Below are positions 9,377 to 18,402 of a DNA stretch of 32,000 nucleotides, piece by piece. The DNA is from Staphylothermus hellenicus DSM 12710 (lineage in GTDB: Archaea; Thermoproteota; Thermoprotei_A; Sulfolobales; Desulfurococcaceae), in contig NC_014205.1 of the NCBI RefSeq assembly GCF_000092465.1, positions 1,500,001 through 1,532,000 of the forward strand, written 5' to 3'. Both the position numbers and the translations under genes were made by a program. Each line of letters begins with the position of its first letter. Position 1 is the stretch's first letter. A model generated the notes under the pieces. The model had not been told where the DNA came from and did not search any database. It saw nothing but the letters and a program-made list of their open reading frames with translations.

Positions 9377-10441
9377 TTGAATATATTGCTCATGGTGTTT
9401 ACTATAATAATATCTTCTTGGGCATTGCTTAATATATTATATGTTCATTTTAGAGGATCATTTGAGCGTAGAGGGTTTAAATTATATTATGGATTAGTTC
9501 TTGTATATAAGAGAAGTAAGAAGATTAGACAATCAAGTATTGTTAGGAAAACCTCTTATGTATCGATATTATTATTCATATTAGCGCTTATCTTTTTCTA
9601 TTATTCTATGATTATTGGTTTAATGGCTAGGATAGGATTAGCGAGTAGTGCTGCAGGGCCAACGCTTTTAATTCCCGGTGTAAATATTGTCGGGGATCAC
9701 TTATTCTATTTTATATTAATGGTTATTATCGCTGCTATCATCCACGAGTTCGCACATGCATATACAGCTAGATCGCATAATATACGTGTTAAATCCCTTG
9801 GTTTCGCCATAGTATTGTTTATACCATTAGCCTTTACGGAAATAGATGAAGAGGATGCTGCTAAATCTTCTCGCAAGGCTAGAATAGCAACACTAGCTGC
9901 AGGTCCAGCATCTAATTTTATACTTGGAGTGTTATTCATGTATCTATTCGTTTTAGCAGTATCCCCGCCAACTTTGGTTATAGAGCAAGTAGTGCCTGGG
10001 AGCTTAGCGGATAAATATGGTTTGAAGTCTGGATCCATACTTATATCCATTAATGGGACCCCGGCTACTAGGGATGTTCTACGGAATTATCTAAATATAA
10101 ATAATGATACGTATTTAGTGTTAACCATAATCGATCCCGGCGGGGTCAAGGAAAATATTACTATTTACAAGCCCTCTAATACTACATTGTTAGGAGTCTA
10201 CCTATGGGTAGGGCCTAGTATTGCGTTGATAAAATTGTTTGGAACATGGCTTTCAATAGTATTAACCAAGTTATTGTATTGGGGAATGATTGTTAATACT
10301 GGATTAGCCCTAGTTAATGCTGCTCCACTATTCATAAGTGATGGTGGAAGAATAGTATACGAGCTACTGGGAAACAGGATCGGGCACATAGTTAATTTTC
10401 TAAGCCTACTAATACTAGTCCTCGCAGTAACAGGCCCGTGA
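9377..10441 (+). CDS. Site-2 protease family (peptidase M50) membrane metalloprotease with PDZ domain
   Basis: HExxH in a TM helix (IIHEFAHAY), second metal-ligand motif NAAPLFISDGG, multiple hydrophobic helices and a PDZ-like insert (VVPGSLADKYGLKSGSILISINGTP). TTG start; alternative ATG 5 codons downstream. Confidence 0.8.
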   Translation: MNILLMVFTIIISSWALLNILYVHFRGSFERRGFKLYYGLVLVYKRSKKIRQSSIVRKTSYVSILLFILALIFFYYSMIIGLMARIGLASSAAGPTLLIPGVNIVGDHLFYFILMVIIAAIIHEFAHAYTARSHNIRVKSLGFAIVLFIPLAFTEIDEEDAAKSSRKARIATLAAGPASNFILGVLFMYLFVLAVSPPTLVIEQVVPGSLADKYGLKSGSILISINGTPATRDVLRNYLNINNDTYLVLTIIDPGGVKENITIYKPSNTTLLGVYLWVGPSIALIKLFGTWLSIVLTKLLYWGMIVNTGLALVNAAPLFISDGGRIVYELLGNRIGHIVNFLSLLILVLAVTGP

Positions 10442-10460
10442 TAAACAATAGCTCTAACCA

Positions 10461-10468
10461 TATATAAA
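10461..10468 (+). promoter_or_regulatory. TATA box candidate for the SRP RNA gene
   Basis: TATATAAA is centred about 28 nt upstream of the first base of the SRP RNA terminal helix (10493). Confidence 0.4.
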
Positions 10469-10492
10469 CTCCTTTGCAAAATACATATATTT

Positions 10493-10793
10493 GCCCACGG
10501 GCCACGGGTAGGGCCCCGGATAAACCCGGGGCCAGATGAACCGTGTCTGCCCCTACAAGCCGCCGCCAACCCCCATACCGGCCAATGATCCCCGCCCCAT
10601 GGGGTCGGCGGTGGCGGAGCCCCCTCTGGAGAGAGGGGGTCAACCGCCTTAGCCGGGGGAACCTGGCCAGGCCCGGAAGGGAGCAACCTAACCTCGGCCG
10701 TCGACGTTCATGGGTCACCGGGGCAGAGGCTCGGTATGGAAGGGCTCTGGCGGAGAGGCTGTAGGGGCAGACACGGGGCCGTGGCCCGTGGGC
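10493..10793 (+). ncRNA. ffs: Signal recognition particle RNA (7S RNA)
   Basis: A roughly 300-nt very GC-rich block. A perfect 15-bp terminal helix joins GCCCACGGGCCACGG (10493-10507) and CCGTGGCCCGTGGGC (10779-10793). The helix-8 motif CCAGGCCCGGAAGGGAGCAACC (10667-10688) matches the universal SRP RNA core (E. coli 4.5S CAGGUCCGGAAGGAAGCAGCC) in the + orientation. Confidence 0.88.
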
Positions 10794-10801
10794 AAAAAGC
10801 G

Positions 10802-11872
10802 TTAGCTAACCATTTTTAATCCTGAACCTGTTAATGGCAACAATACTTCTTTACCTCTAAATTCATCTATCATCTTCTTATATGCAGCATATACTGCAGC
10901 TGAGGTTGGTTCAACAATGAATCCTTTATCTAATAGTTCTAGAAGAGCTTGTTTAATCTCACTATTTCCAACAAGAACTATTTTGCCACCATATTTTCCC
11001 ATATACTCTAATATTTCATTGATACGGGGAGGGTTAGGAACCATTATACCATCGGCTAGATCTGATTCTTCGCCACCAATTTTCTTACCATATAGTTTTT
11101 CATAAACTGGCTGAACACTATATCCCTGAACAACTACTGGTTTAGGAACATGTCTTATTAATCCTTGAATATATAGATGCTCGAAACCATTCATTAATCC
11201 TAGGAATAATCCGCCCGAACCCACCGGTACAATCACATAATCGGGTACACCGTATTCCTCATATACTTCATAAGAAATCGTTGAAGCACCAATAATGTAG
11301 AAGTAGCTCCATGTATGAGCTACATAATATGAGGACTCAATATAGTTTGAAACAATCTTAGAAGCTTCACCTCTATTTTTAGCCTCAACTATTTTACCAC
11401 CCAATAATTTAACTAGCTTCTTTTTCCCCAGGGGAGCATTTTTAGGCATTATAATCAAAGGTTTTAATCCATACACCCTAGAATATAAAGTAACAGATAT
11501 ACCTGTATTTCCACTTGTATCCTCTACTACAGATTTATATCCTAAAAGATAACTATATCCAATAGCAAGCGCTGTTCCCCGATCCTTGAAGCTTCCTGAA
11601 GGATTAAGGTATTCTAGCTTAAACAATAACTTAACATTGTTTTCCTCATCTATAACTAGAGGTGTTCCTCCCTCACCAATAGTTTTAACGGGCTTGAAAG
11701 GGAACAATGAACTATATCTAGGTAATCCGTTGCCTCTGGGTTCAAATGTTTTATCATATATTATTTTGAGAGGTGAGCCGCATCTAGGGCATTTCCAATA
11801 ATATTTGTTCCAAATAGATTCTTTGAAGCCGCATTTCGGACAATACCAATAAGCATCTTTTTTCTCAATCAT
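10802..11872 (-). CDS. Threonine synthase-like PLP-dependent enzyme (tryptophan-synthase beta fold) with N-terminal zinc ribbon
   Basis: PLP-lysine motif SGSFKDRGTA, glycine loop PVGSGGLFLG and N-terminal CPKCG...CPRCG, as in short archaeal ThrC. Exact substrate not certain. Confidence 0.7.
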   Translation of the reverse strand: MIEKKDAYWYCPKCGFKESIWNKYYWKCPRCGSPLKIIYDKTFEPRGNGLPRYSSLFPFKPVKTIGEGGTPLVIDEENNVKLLFKLEYLNPSGSFKDRGTALAIGYSYLLGYKSVVEDTSGNTGISVTLYSRVYGLKPLIIMPKNAPLGKKKLVKLLGGKIVEAKNRGEASKIVSNYIESSYYVAHTWSYFYIIGASTISYEVYEEYGVPDYVIVPVGSGGLFLGLMNGFEHLYIQGLIRHVPKPVVVQGYSVQPVYEKLYGKKIGGEESDLADGIMVPNPPRINEILEYMGKYGGKIVLVGNSEIKQALLELLDKGFIVEPTSAAVYAAYKKMIDEFRGKEVLLPLTGSGLKMVS

Positions 11873-11889
11873 TTATTAACCACCCATTT

Positions 11890-12876
11890 CTACATGGTAT
11901 TTTCTATCAGGTATTCAGCAAATTTATCTGCTCCATTTATGTATTTTGGAGGTTTATTTCTAACTGCTTTCTCTATAGCATCAAGCAATTTATCTCTTGA
12001 GAGCCCGTCTAGGAATACACCATTAATTTTTCTAGTAAATATTTCTACATCCTTCTTTGTAGCAGCGGCTTTCCACATAGGATTCCATATGAGAACAACG
12101 GGCTTCCTATAAGTTACAGCTGCTTCAAGTATGGTTACGCTATTATGTCCTATGACGACTTTGGCTCCGGCAATCCATTTATCTATATCTGGGTCGAAGC
12201 GGAAGACTATCCAGTTAGGCCTCTTAGACTTGTATATTTCCGGGTTAACATGGCCTGTTTGGAGAACAACGTTTTCCAGCTCTGTATCAACTAGTGTATC
12301 ATATAGTTTCTTGTTCCCCTCAAAACCTCCTATTGCTAAAATATATCCTTTATCGCTGATCTCGTATTTCTTCTGTCTAACAATTGGTCCAAAAACATGT
12401 CCTCTAGGATAAAGTTTTTTCTGCTCATTCCAGTGAAGAACTGCTTCTCCACCAATACTTGATAATAATGCGACAGTTTTGCCTTTCGTAACAAATCTGT
12501 CATGGCTCTCGACAACATAGAGTTTGCTGCCTTTAAGCATCGATATAAGTGCTGGTGCTAAAGAGTGGTTACTACCACTAGCAACTACTATATCATACCG
12601 TCTAATTCTTCTGAGCGAATAATATAGGGCGGATGGAATATTACGTAGTAGCTGAACAAAACTTTCCCCAGGTAGACGAGGCTTTGGAACACATAATATT
12701 CTATCAGCATATTTTTCCAATAATGCCTGACTCCATGAATCACCGCATGGAATAATGATATCAATTGTTAATCCACTACTTTTCTCACAAAGCTTCTCAG
12801 CAATACCAACAATGTAGCCTGTGTGTCCGCCACCACTAGCAATTAATAATATGTTTTTATGCTGAGCCATTCTCAC
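11890..12876 (-). CDS. GT28 (MurG / Alg13-Alg14-like) glycosyltransferase, Agl24-like
   Basis: N-terminal ILLIASGGGHTGY (the GGxGGH motif of MurG/Alg14/Agl24). 328 aa with a GT-B two-domain size. Sits next to polytopic GT-C-like membrane proteins. Confidence 0.6.
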   Translation of the reverse strand: MRMAQHKNILLIASGGGHTGYIVGIAEKLCEKSSGLTIDIIIPCGDSWSQALLEKYADRILCVPKPRLPGESFVQLLRNIPSALYYSLRRIRRYDIVVASGSNHSLAPALISMLKGSKLYVVESHDRFVTKGKTVALLSSIGGEAVLHWNEQKKLYPRGHVFGPIVRQKKYEISDKGYILAIGGFEGNKKLYDTLVDTELENVVLQTGHVNPEIYKSKRPNWIVFRFDPDIDKWIAGAKVVIGHNSVTILEAAVTYRKPVVLIWNPMWKAAATKKDVEIFTRKINGVFLDGLSRDKLLDAIEKAVRNKPPKYINGADKFAEYLIENTM

Positions 12877-13014
12877 ACCATAGCATAGTGTCTTTGCTGA
12901 TAAAAATATTGGCTGTTAAGGATTACTAATATTGTCCATGGATAATATTGTATAGTGTTTCAACTACTAAACTAGATCGGTTATAAGTAGTGTTTCTTTT
13001 GGAATTTTAGGAGG

Positions 13015-13099
13015 CGCCGGGGGCGGGATTTGAACCCGCGCGGGGAACCACCCCACCGGCTTAGCAGGCCGGCGCCCTACCAGGCTAGGCGACCCCGGC
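13015..13099 (-). tRNA. tRNA-Ser (anticodon GCU)
   Basis: The reverse complement folds as a cloverleaf: acceptor GCCGGGG/CCCCGGC, D arm GCCT-AGCCTGGTA-GGGC, anticodon arm CCGGC-CTGCTAA-GCCGG, long variable arm TGGGGTGGTTCCCCGC, T arm GCGGG-TTCAAAT-CCCGC, discriminator G. CCA is not encoded. Confidence 0.92.
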
Positions 13100-14515
13100 T
13101 TCTCTCCCTATATATTTTCTGAGTTGTTCTCGGTGTTTATTAATATAACTCATCGTTATAGTTAAGAGAAACAATATTAATAAAATATTTCTCATCTGCG
13201 CAATCCACTGAACCGGCGAATCTATTGTTGTTGGGCTTTGCTTGGGAGGCAACCCTAGAAACTCTAGGTATTTTCTTAATTCATAATCTTTAAACCATAA
13301 CAGTATTATTCCAGAATTCAATATGTCAATGCTATAGTATGCTATTATGTCTCTTAACCTCGTAATAGACAGTATTATTAGTGGTTGTAATATAAGAAGT
13401 GTCTGCGGTAAAAACACTATGTTGAAAACAACACTAATCATTAATATAATGGTAGTTTCAATAACCGGGTCTTCCTCCAGAGAAAGTAGTGCTGAATAAA
13501 TAATGAATAATACAGAAACGACAACGTATGCGATAGCTCTCAAATATTGATCATTTAAATTATTGCTTATAAACACATATATGCAGTTATTACATCCTAA
13601 ATTATTCAATACATTGTTATACCAAGTAACCACGCTTTGAGGAGATAATAACAATAATACGAGGTAAGGCAGTAAACCTATTCCTAAGCCAGTCAAGAAC
13701 TTGTTACTCACAGCTTCTTTGTTAAGGAAAAACTTGCATAGATAATAAATTACAAGAATAAGCCCCAAATAATAAGCGGAAGAAAACAATCCTAGAAAAA
13801 CATATGGGATAATAGAATCTTTTGAAACAATTGCTTCATAGATGAAAATAAACAAGAAAACCAAAGCAAATAGTTCCCACCCATATGCTCCGTAAACAAC
13901 AAGTGATAAAGTTATTAATAATAAATAATTTTTAAACCCCACAATTCCTCTTCTAAATAGTGTTTTCCTATAAAAATATAGGAAAAACATTAGTGAAACA
14001 AACATGATAACACTATATACAATATATGCAATAGTTAACCCCTCAATAGAAAATAAAGGATTACTATCAGTATGTGAACCAGTAATGTATGCAGTATATG
14101 TAGAAATAAACCAGACAATACCTGTTAACGGGGGTAAATCTATATAGTAGTGAATATATGGTATAGGATAAAACATTGATCCACTACAGTATTTTTTAAA
14201 TACGTCATTATTGAACCACGTTGTTGAAACAGCCTTATTAGCCAATGCATCTCTGCAAGCATAATTATTCATAAGGATCGATCTATAGTTAGCAACAAAA
14301 TCACTATAAACAGGGCTGTGAATAATTGTTTTACCAAACAATAACTTCTGCGATTCAACCGGCATATGAACTATGAACGAAACTAGAAATAAAGCGGAAA
14401 GAATAATCACTACTAGTGCATCGAAAAATCTCCTCTTAAATAATACGTTGATCATTGCTTGCTCACGCAGTAAATGAACACTAATAATAATTAATTTGCA
14501 GTGAATATTAATCAA
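13085..14515 (-). CDS. Polytopic integral membrane protein, possible GT-C-type glycosyltransferase
   Basis: More than 10 predicted hydrophobic helices and a loop motif IDLPPLTGIVWF reminiscent of GT-C/DUF2029-type enzymes. The likely start is the internal MINVLFKRRF (about 14455), not the track start. The last 15 nt including the TAG stop overlap tRNA-Ser. Confidence 0.5.
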   Translation of the reverse strand: MINIHCKLIIISVHLLREQAMINVLFKRRFFDALVVIILSALFLVSFIVHMPVESQKLLFGKTIIHSPVYSDFVANYRSILMNNYACRDALANKAVSTTWFNNDVFKKYCSGSMFYPIPYIHYYIDLPPLTGIVWFISTYTAYITGSHTDSNPLFSIEGLTIAYIVYSVIMFVSLMFFLYFYRKTLFRRGIVGFKNYLLLITLSLVVYGAYGWELFALVFLFIFIYEAIVSKDSIIPYVFLGLFSSAYYLGLILVIYYLCKFFLNKEAVSNKFLTGLGIGLLPYLVLLLLSPQSVVTWYNNVLNNLGCNNCIYVFISNNLNDQYLRAIAYVVVSVLFIIYSALLSLEEDPVIETTIILMISVVFNIVFLPQTLLILQPLIILSITRLRDIIAYYSIDILNSGIILLWFKDYELRKYLEFLGLPPKQSPTTIDSPVQWIAQMRNILLILFLLTITMSYINKHREQLRKYIGREAGVA

Positions 14516-14541
14516 TAACGGTAGCTAAATAATTCGCTGGT

Positions 14542-16026
14542 TTGAAAACATGGTTTTGCGGGGTAAATGATGCGGTGAATAACAAATACAATATAGCAAT
14601 ATATGTTTTGCTCCTGATAATAATCTTATTCGCTGCTTTTCAATATTATTCTCTAGCCCTAAAATTGACGCAGCTGGAGATAGAGAGGCATGGTAAAGGA
14701 TACGTATCAGATGAAGTTTGGTATGTTCCTAGTGCTCGCAATATTCTAAGGAAAACCCTGGGAATAGTGCCGAGTCTGCCTGGAGGAAAATATGGTGCCA
14801 GCATTATTTATGAGGGAAATATAGAGATTGCATGGATTAGAAAAGTTGCTATGAAATACGGTGTCTCGGTTGTAGATGAGAATTATCATAAAATAAAAGC
14901 ATTCTATATTGAATCTAATAATTTAAACAATATTAATGCTTTTATACAAAATATTTCTGCGTATTATAATATTAGCGATATAGTTTATGGTTGGAGAATA
15001 CCGGATGCGGCTGGTATAAATGAGTATTTAAACCTTGAGCATCCCCCACTTGTTAAGTATTTGATAGCATTATCTATCCTCTTACTAGGGGATTATCCTC
15101 TCTATTGGAGAATTCCCAATATTATCGCAGGCGCTCTAATTGTATTCTTCGTGTTTCTTTCTATTCGTAAGCTAACCAATAATCCATGGCTGGGGCTCGT
15201 AGCATCTCTTCTTGTCTCCATAGATCCGATTATGAGGTATTTATCAAGTATTGCTTTATTAGATGTATTTGTAGCGTTATTCTCTGTGATCACTTTTTAT
15301 CTAGCTATTACTCGTAAATACATGCTTTCAATTTTATTGGCAATAATTGGTTCTACAGCTAAATTTAATACATTATTTGTATTAATACCTGTTTATATGC
15401 TTTATATTCGGAGGGAATTGAAAAAAGACAATAGTTTTATTAACTTCATCTATAACACCACCCTGTTTTTCCTATTAGTCTCCGGATTATTTCTAGCAGT
15501 CCAGGTGTTGATATCAATACCTTTAATTAGCATTATTGGTTTTGAATCGTGGCTTAACCAATCCATTTTTGGAGCTATTAAATGGCATACTAGTGTTAAA
15601 TGTGCAGGAGCCGGTTGTCCTGCTAGTTCTGCACCTTGGGACTGGTTTTTAGGGACTAACGGGTTTGTCCTATACTATATTTCTAGCCATGACACGCTAG
15701 TAGCACTTGGATACTGGCCTTTATGGGCGTTAGCACTGGCTTTCAGCATACTATTTATCCCTGCTTATAGAATTGATAGGAAAACAGCATATCCATGGTT
15801 ATTTCTACTAGGAATTCTATCTGGCTATATACTGTTATGGATTATTGGGGGACGAACACAATATAGTTTTTACAGTGTACAATTAGCTCCATTCATATAC
15901 TCATTTCTAATGCTTTCAACCATATACATAATAACACAAAAAGAAAAGATCCTATGTGTTCTAAATGATTGGTATAAATTATTAAAGTATTTATGGAGAT
16001 TAGTAGTTGAGTTATTAACTTGTTAG
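14542..16026 (+). CDS. GT-C fold glycosyltransferase, PMT/ArnT (GT39/GT83)-like
   Basis: First-loop acidic motif YVSDEVWYV and LEHPPLVKYLIALSILLLGD resemble the DE and HPPL motifs of dolichyl-phosphate-mannose protein mannosyltransferases. Many TM helices. Start uncertain (TTG 14542 or GTG about 14575). Confidence 0.65.
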   Translation: MKTWFCGVNDAVNNKYNIAIYVLLLIIILFAAFQYYSLALKLTQLEIERHGKGYVSDEVWYVPSARNILRKTLGIVPSLPGGKYGASIIYEGNIEIAWIRKVAMKYGVSVVDENYHKIKAFYIESNNLNNINAFIQNISAYYNISDIVYGWRIPDAAGINEYLNLEHPPLVKYLIALSILLLGDYPLYWRIPNIIAGALIVFFVFLSIRKLTNNPWLGLVASLLVSIDPIMRYLSSIALLDVFVALFSVITFYLAITRKYMLSILLAIIGSTAKFNTLFVLIPVYMLYIRRELKKDNSFINFIYNTTLFFLLVSGLFLAVQVLISIPLISIIGFESWLNQSIFGAIKWHTSVKCAGAGCPASSAPWDWFLGTNGFVLYYISSHDTLVALGYWPLWALALAFSILFIPAYRIDRKTAYPWLFLLGILSGYILLWIIGGRTQYSFYSVQLAPFIYSFLMLSTIYIITQKEKILCVLNDWYKLLKYLWRLVVELLTC

Positions 16027-16074
16027 AACATATTTTTCCCAGTAAAAAATAAATATAGGGGAGATCGACTGGTA

Positions 16075-16758
16075 ATGGATACTGCGAATGATTATAGATT
16101 TATCATTGCAGAGGATGCTGTTAACAGGCTTAGAAAGATCATTGTTAACTGGCAACTCCCATATCATATCGATAAAAATAAGGCATTAAAAATTGTTGAT
16201 GAGATAAAATCTAGAGTTATGAGGATGAAATATAGCTTCCTACCTATAACCTTACTGCTAAGTATGAGGGAGTTTGAAGAGATAACAAATTATTCAACTG
16301 AATTATCTAAAATATTATTACAAAATAAACCAATTGGTTCCAAAAAGTCTAAGTATCAACTACTTATTAGTGAGATAAGGTATTCTCTATGGATACTTAT
16401 GGGGTTAAAGCATAGGTTTAGATTTGGAGAACAGAATTTGCCGGAATACGCTATAGATGTTATTGGAGCTGAAATATTTCTTGTCCAGAAACATTCATCA
16501 GCAGATAAGCTGTGGGTGTTAAAATGTGGAACTGAAAAATTTAGTTTTACAGTTGTTACAAATATTCCTAATATTAGGAAGGGAGAAGTGAGGGGTGTAG
16601 CTATTCTTCCACCAGTAGAGTTTATGGGTATTGTTAGTGAAGCCATGATTGCAACAGATCCCTTGCCTAAAACATTTAAAGGCAAGATTATTCCTTTCAA
16701 TAGAATAAATATTAGTGATGTTAGAGCAAAAATTTTAAATATAGTTTCTAGGAAATAA
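16075..16758 (+). CDS. Uncharacterised protein with C-terminal Trbp111/EMAPII-like tRNA-binding OB-fold
   Basis: The C-terminal segment IDVIGAEIFLVQKHSSADKLWVLKCGTEKFSFTVVTNIPNIRKGEVRGVAILPPVEFMGIVSEAMI follows the tRNA_bind pattern (hP.ADKL..h..D.G....VV.. ....G..V.....P....G..S.GM). I do not recognise the roughly 120-aa helical N-terminal domain. Confidence 0.5.
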   Translation: MDTANDYRFIIAEDAVNRLRKIIVNWQLPYHIDKNKALKIVDEIKSRVMRMKYSFLPITLLLSMREFEEITNYSTELSKILLQNKPIGSKKSKYQLLISEIRYSLWILMGLKHRFRFGEQNLPEYAIDVIGAEIFLVQKHSSADKLWVLKCGTEKFSFTVVTNIPNIRKGEVRGVAILPPVEFMGIVSEAMIATDPLPKTFKGKIIPFNRINISDVRAKILNIVSRK

Positions 16759-16803
16759 CCTGTCCCCTTATTTATAAATTTTTACCAATCAATAAATACA
16801 ACG

Positions 16804-16989
16804 GTGATATGGATGGCTGGCGCAATAGCTAAAATGAGGTTAATAACTGTTAAAATGCCCGAAATTTATGTTGAAGGATTAGATGAACTAGTTAAGATAG
16901 GTAGATATAGTAGTAGAAGCGAAGTAATACGTGTAGCCATAAGGGATCTTCTAAAGAAGGAGCTATGGATTAGGGAATCTGAATTCTAG
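16804..16989 (+). CDS. Ribbon-helix-helix (CopG/Arc/MetJ-type) DNA-binding protein
   Basis: [40 protein letters not shown] is a canonical RHH pattern (beta strand, helix, SRSE, helix). The likely true start is the ATG at 16834. Confidence 0.65.
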   Translation: MIWMAGAIAKMRLITVKMPEIYVEGLDELVKIGRYSSRSEVIRVAIRDLLKKELWIRESEF

Positions 16990-16995
16990 AAGTTT

Positions 16996-17478
16996 CTATG
17001 CAGTCTTCACATATAAGTATTCACGTGCTTTTCTAATAATCAACTCATATAGTGGTTCATCCACATAGAGTTTTCTAAAACTGAATGGCGGCATAAATCC
17101 TGGTATAATAGATCTTATCTCATCCAGCGTTATAGGCTTAATGTAGAGTTTTGGATCGACAACTTCTAATGCCATTGCTATTTTTGAACCTTTAATATAC
17201 CGGTAATCTTCCTCGCTCACACCTGTTTCTTCGATCATGGATAATTTATCCCATACATGGGATGGTTTACCCGAAATAATACGGCCTACTTTGAACTCGC
17301 CTATAATAGCTCTAACCGAGCCGCTTGCATACACTACTATAATCGATCCCTTCTCCGGCTTTATACCAAACCATTTTCTAAGCTCGAACTTCTTTATATT
17401 CGTAAATATTCTATAGGCATATTTGGGTTTAATACTCATCAAATACATTGGTGCATCCTCGATCATTCCACAATACAC
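16996..17478 (-). CDS. ASCH (PUA-like) domain protein
   Basis: N-terminal MSIKPKYAYRIFTNIKKFELRK...IVVYASGSVRAIIGEFKVGRI is typical of ASC-1 homology / PUA-like beta-barrel RNA-binding domains. 160 aa. Confidence 0.6.
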   Translation of the reverse strand: MYCGMIEDAPMYLMSIKPKYAYRIFTNIKKFELRKWFGIKPEKGSIIVVYASGSVRAIIGEFKVGRIISGKPSHVWDKLSMIEETGVSEEDYRYIKGSKIAMALEVVDPKLYIKPITLDEIRSIIPGFMPPFSFRKLYVDEPLYELIIRKAREYLYVKTA

Positions 17479-17605
17479 CTATTACCTAGTATTCATAGAA
17501 ACTTAAATTAAAACCTCTAAAAAATACTATTTTACCAGATGTGGATGGTTGGTATTACTGAATTGTCTAGATGATGACTGACACCAGGACCGAAGATGAA
17601 CCACT

Positions 17606-18394
17606 ATGAGCGCTAATCATAGTTTGGATTATGGAGACCTAGCCTTTATATATATCGATTCTAAACGAAAATACCTTGTAAAACTGGGAAAAGGCAAAAT
17701 TCTAGGTACTGATAAAGGCTTCATAAAACACGAAGACATCGTTGGCAAAAAATATGGAGACATTATTTATACTAGTCGTAATGTTAAGGCTTATATTTTA
17801 AAGCCTCTACTTATAGACTTACTGCAGGGATTGAAGAGAGTTACACAGATAATATATCCTAAAGACTCTTCATTAATGATATATCTTTCAAGTATCACTC
17901 CTGGTTCACTAGTTCTAGAAGCTGGTGTTGGTTCAGGGTTCTTAACAGCTTCACTAGCTAATTTCGTAGGTGATTCGGGAAGAATTATAGGATTCGATAT
18001 ACGAGAGGATCATTTATTAAAGGCAAGTGAGAATCTCGAGAAACTAGGTTTTGATAAAAGAGTTGAACTTGTTCTAGGCGATATTAGGGAGGAATCCATA
18101 GTTGTTGATAATATATTTGATGCTGTTTTTTATGACCTACCTGATCCCTGGAATGCTCTAAATACTGCATATAAAGCATTAAAGCCTTCCGCGCCCATAC
18201 TCATATATGTTCCTACGGTGAATCAAATCGAGAAAACAGTTTTATCGATGAGGAAACATGGGGGATTCATAGATATACATGTCTATGAAGTATTGTTGAG
18301 AGAGTACAGTGTCGAAAAGAACGCTACGCGTCCTTATACTTTGATGATAGGGCATACAGGCTATATTGTTTTTGGCAGGAAAATCAGTGCTTAG
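17606..18394 (+). CDS. trmI: tRNA (adenine-N1)-methyltransferase TrmI (Gcd14 family; m1A57/58)
   Basis: Collinear with recalled archaeal TrmI: N-terminal beta domain (GD...KRKYLVKL), QIIYPKDSSLMI, SAM motif EAGVGSGFLTASLA, DLPDPW, HTGYIVFGRK. Confidence 0.85.
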   Translation: MSANHSLDYGDLAFIYIDSKRKYLVKLGKGKILGTDKGFIKHEDIVGKKYGDIIYTSRNVKAYILKPLLIDLLQGLKRVTQIIYPKDSSLMIYLSSITPGSLVLEAGVGSGFLTASLANFVGDSGRIIGFDIREDHLLKASENLEKLGFDKRVELVLGDIREESIVVDNIFDAVFYDLPDPWNALNTAYKALKPSAPILIYVPTVNQIEKTVLSMRKHGGFIDIHVYEVLLREYSVEKNATRPYTLMIGHTGYIVFGRKISA

Positions 18395-18402
18395 TTTTCG
18401 AG

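Noticed and set aside
10198-10764. Three track ORFs (162 aa, 108 aa, 73 aa) rich in Arg/Pro/Gly covering 10392-10764
   Set aside because: They lie within the SRP RNA gene or run out of it. Their open frames come from the GC-rich RNA sequence, and the proteins are low-complexity with no plausible fold.
17569-17625. C/D-box-like string GATGATGA-CTGA...AGATGA...CTAA just upstream of and into trmI
   Set aside because: The terminal D box would be CTAA, there is no terminal stem, it overlaps the trmI start codon, and box-like heptamers arise easily in AT/GA-rich sequence.
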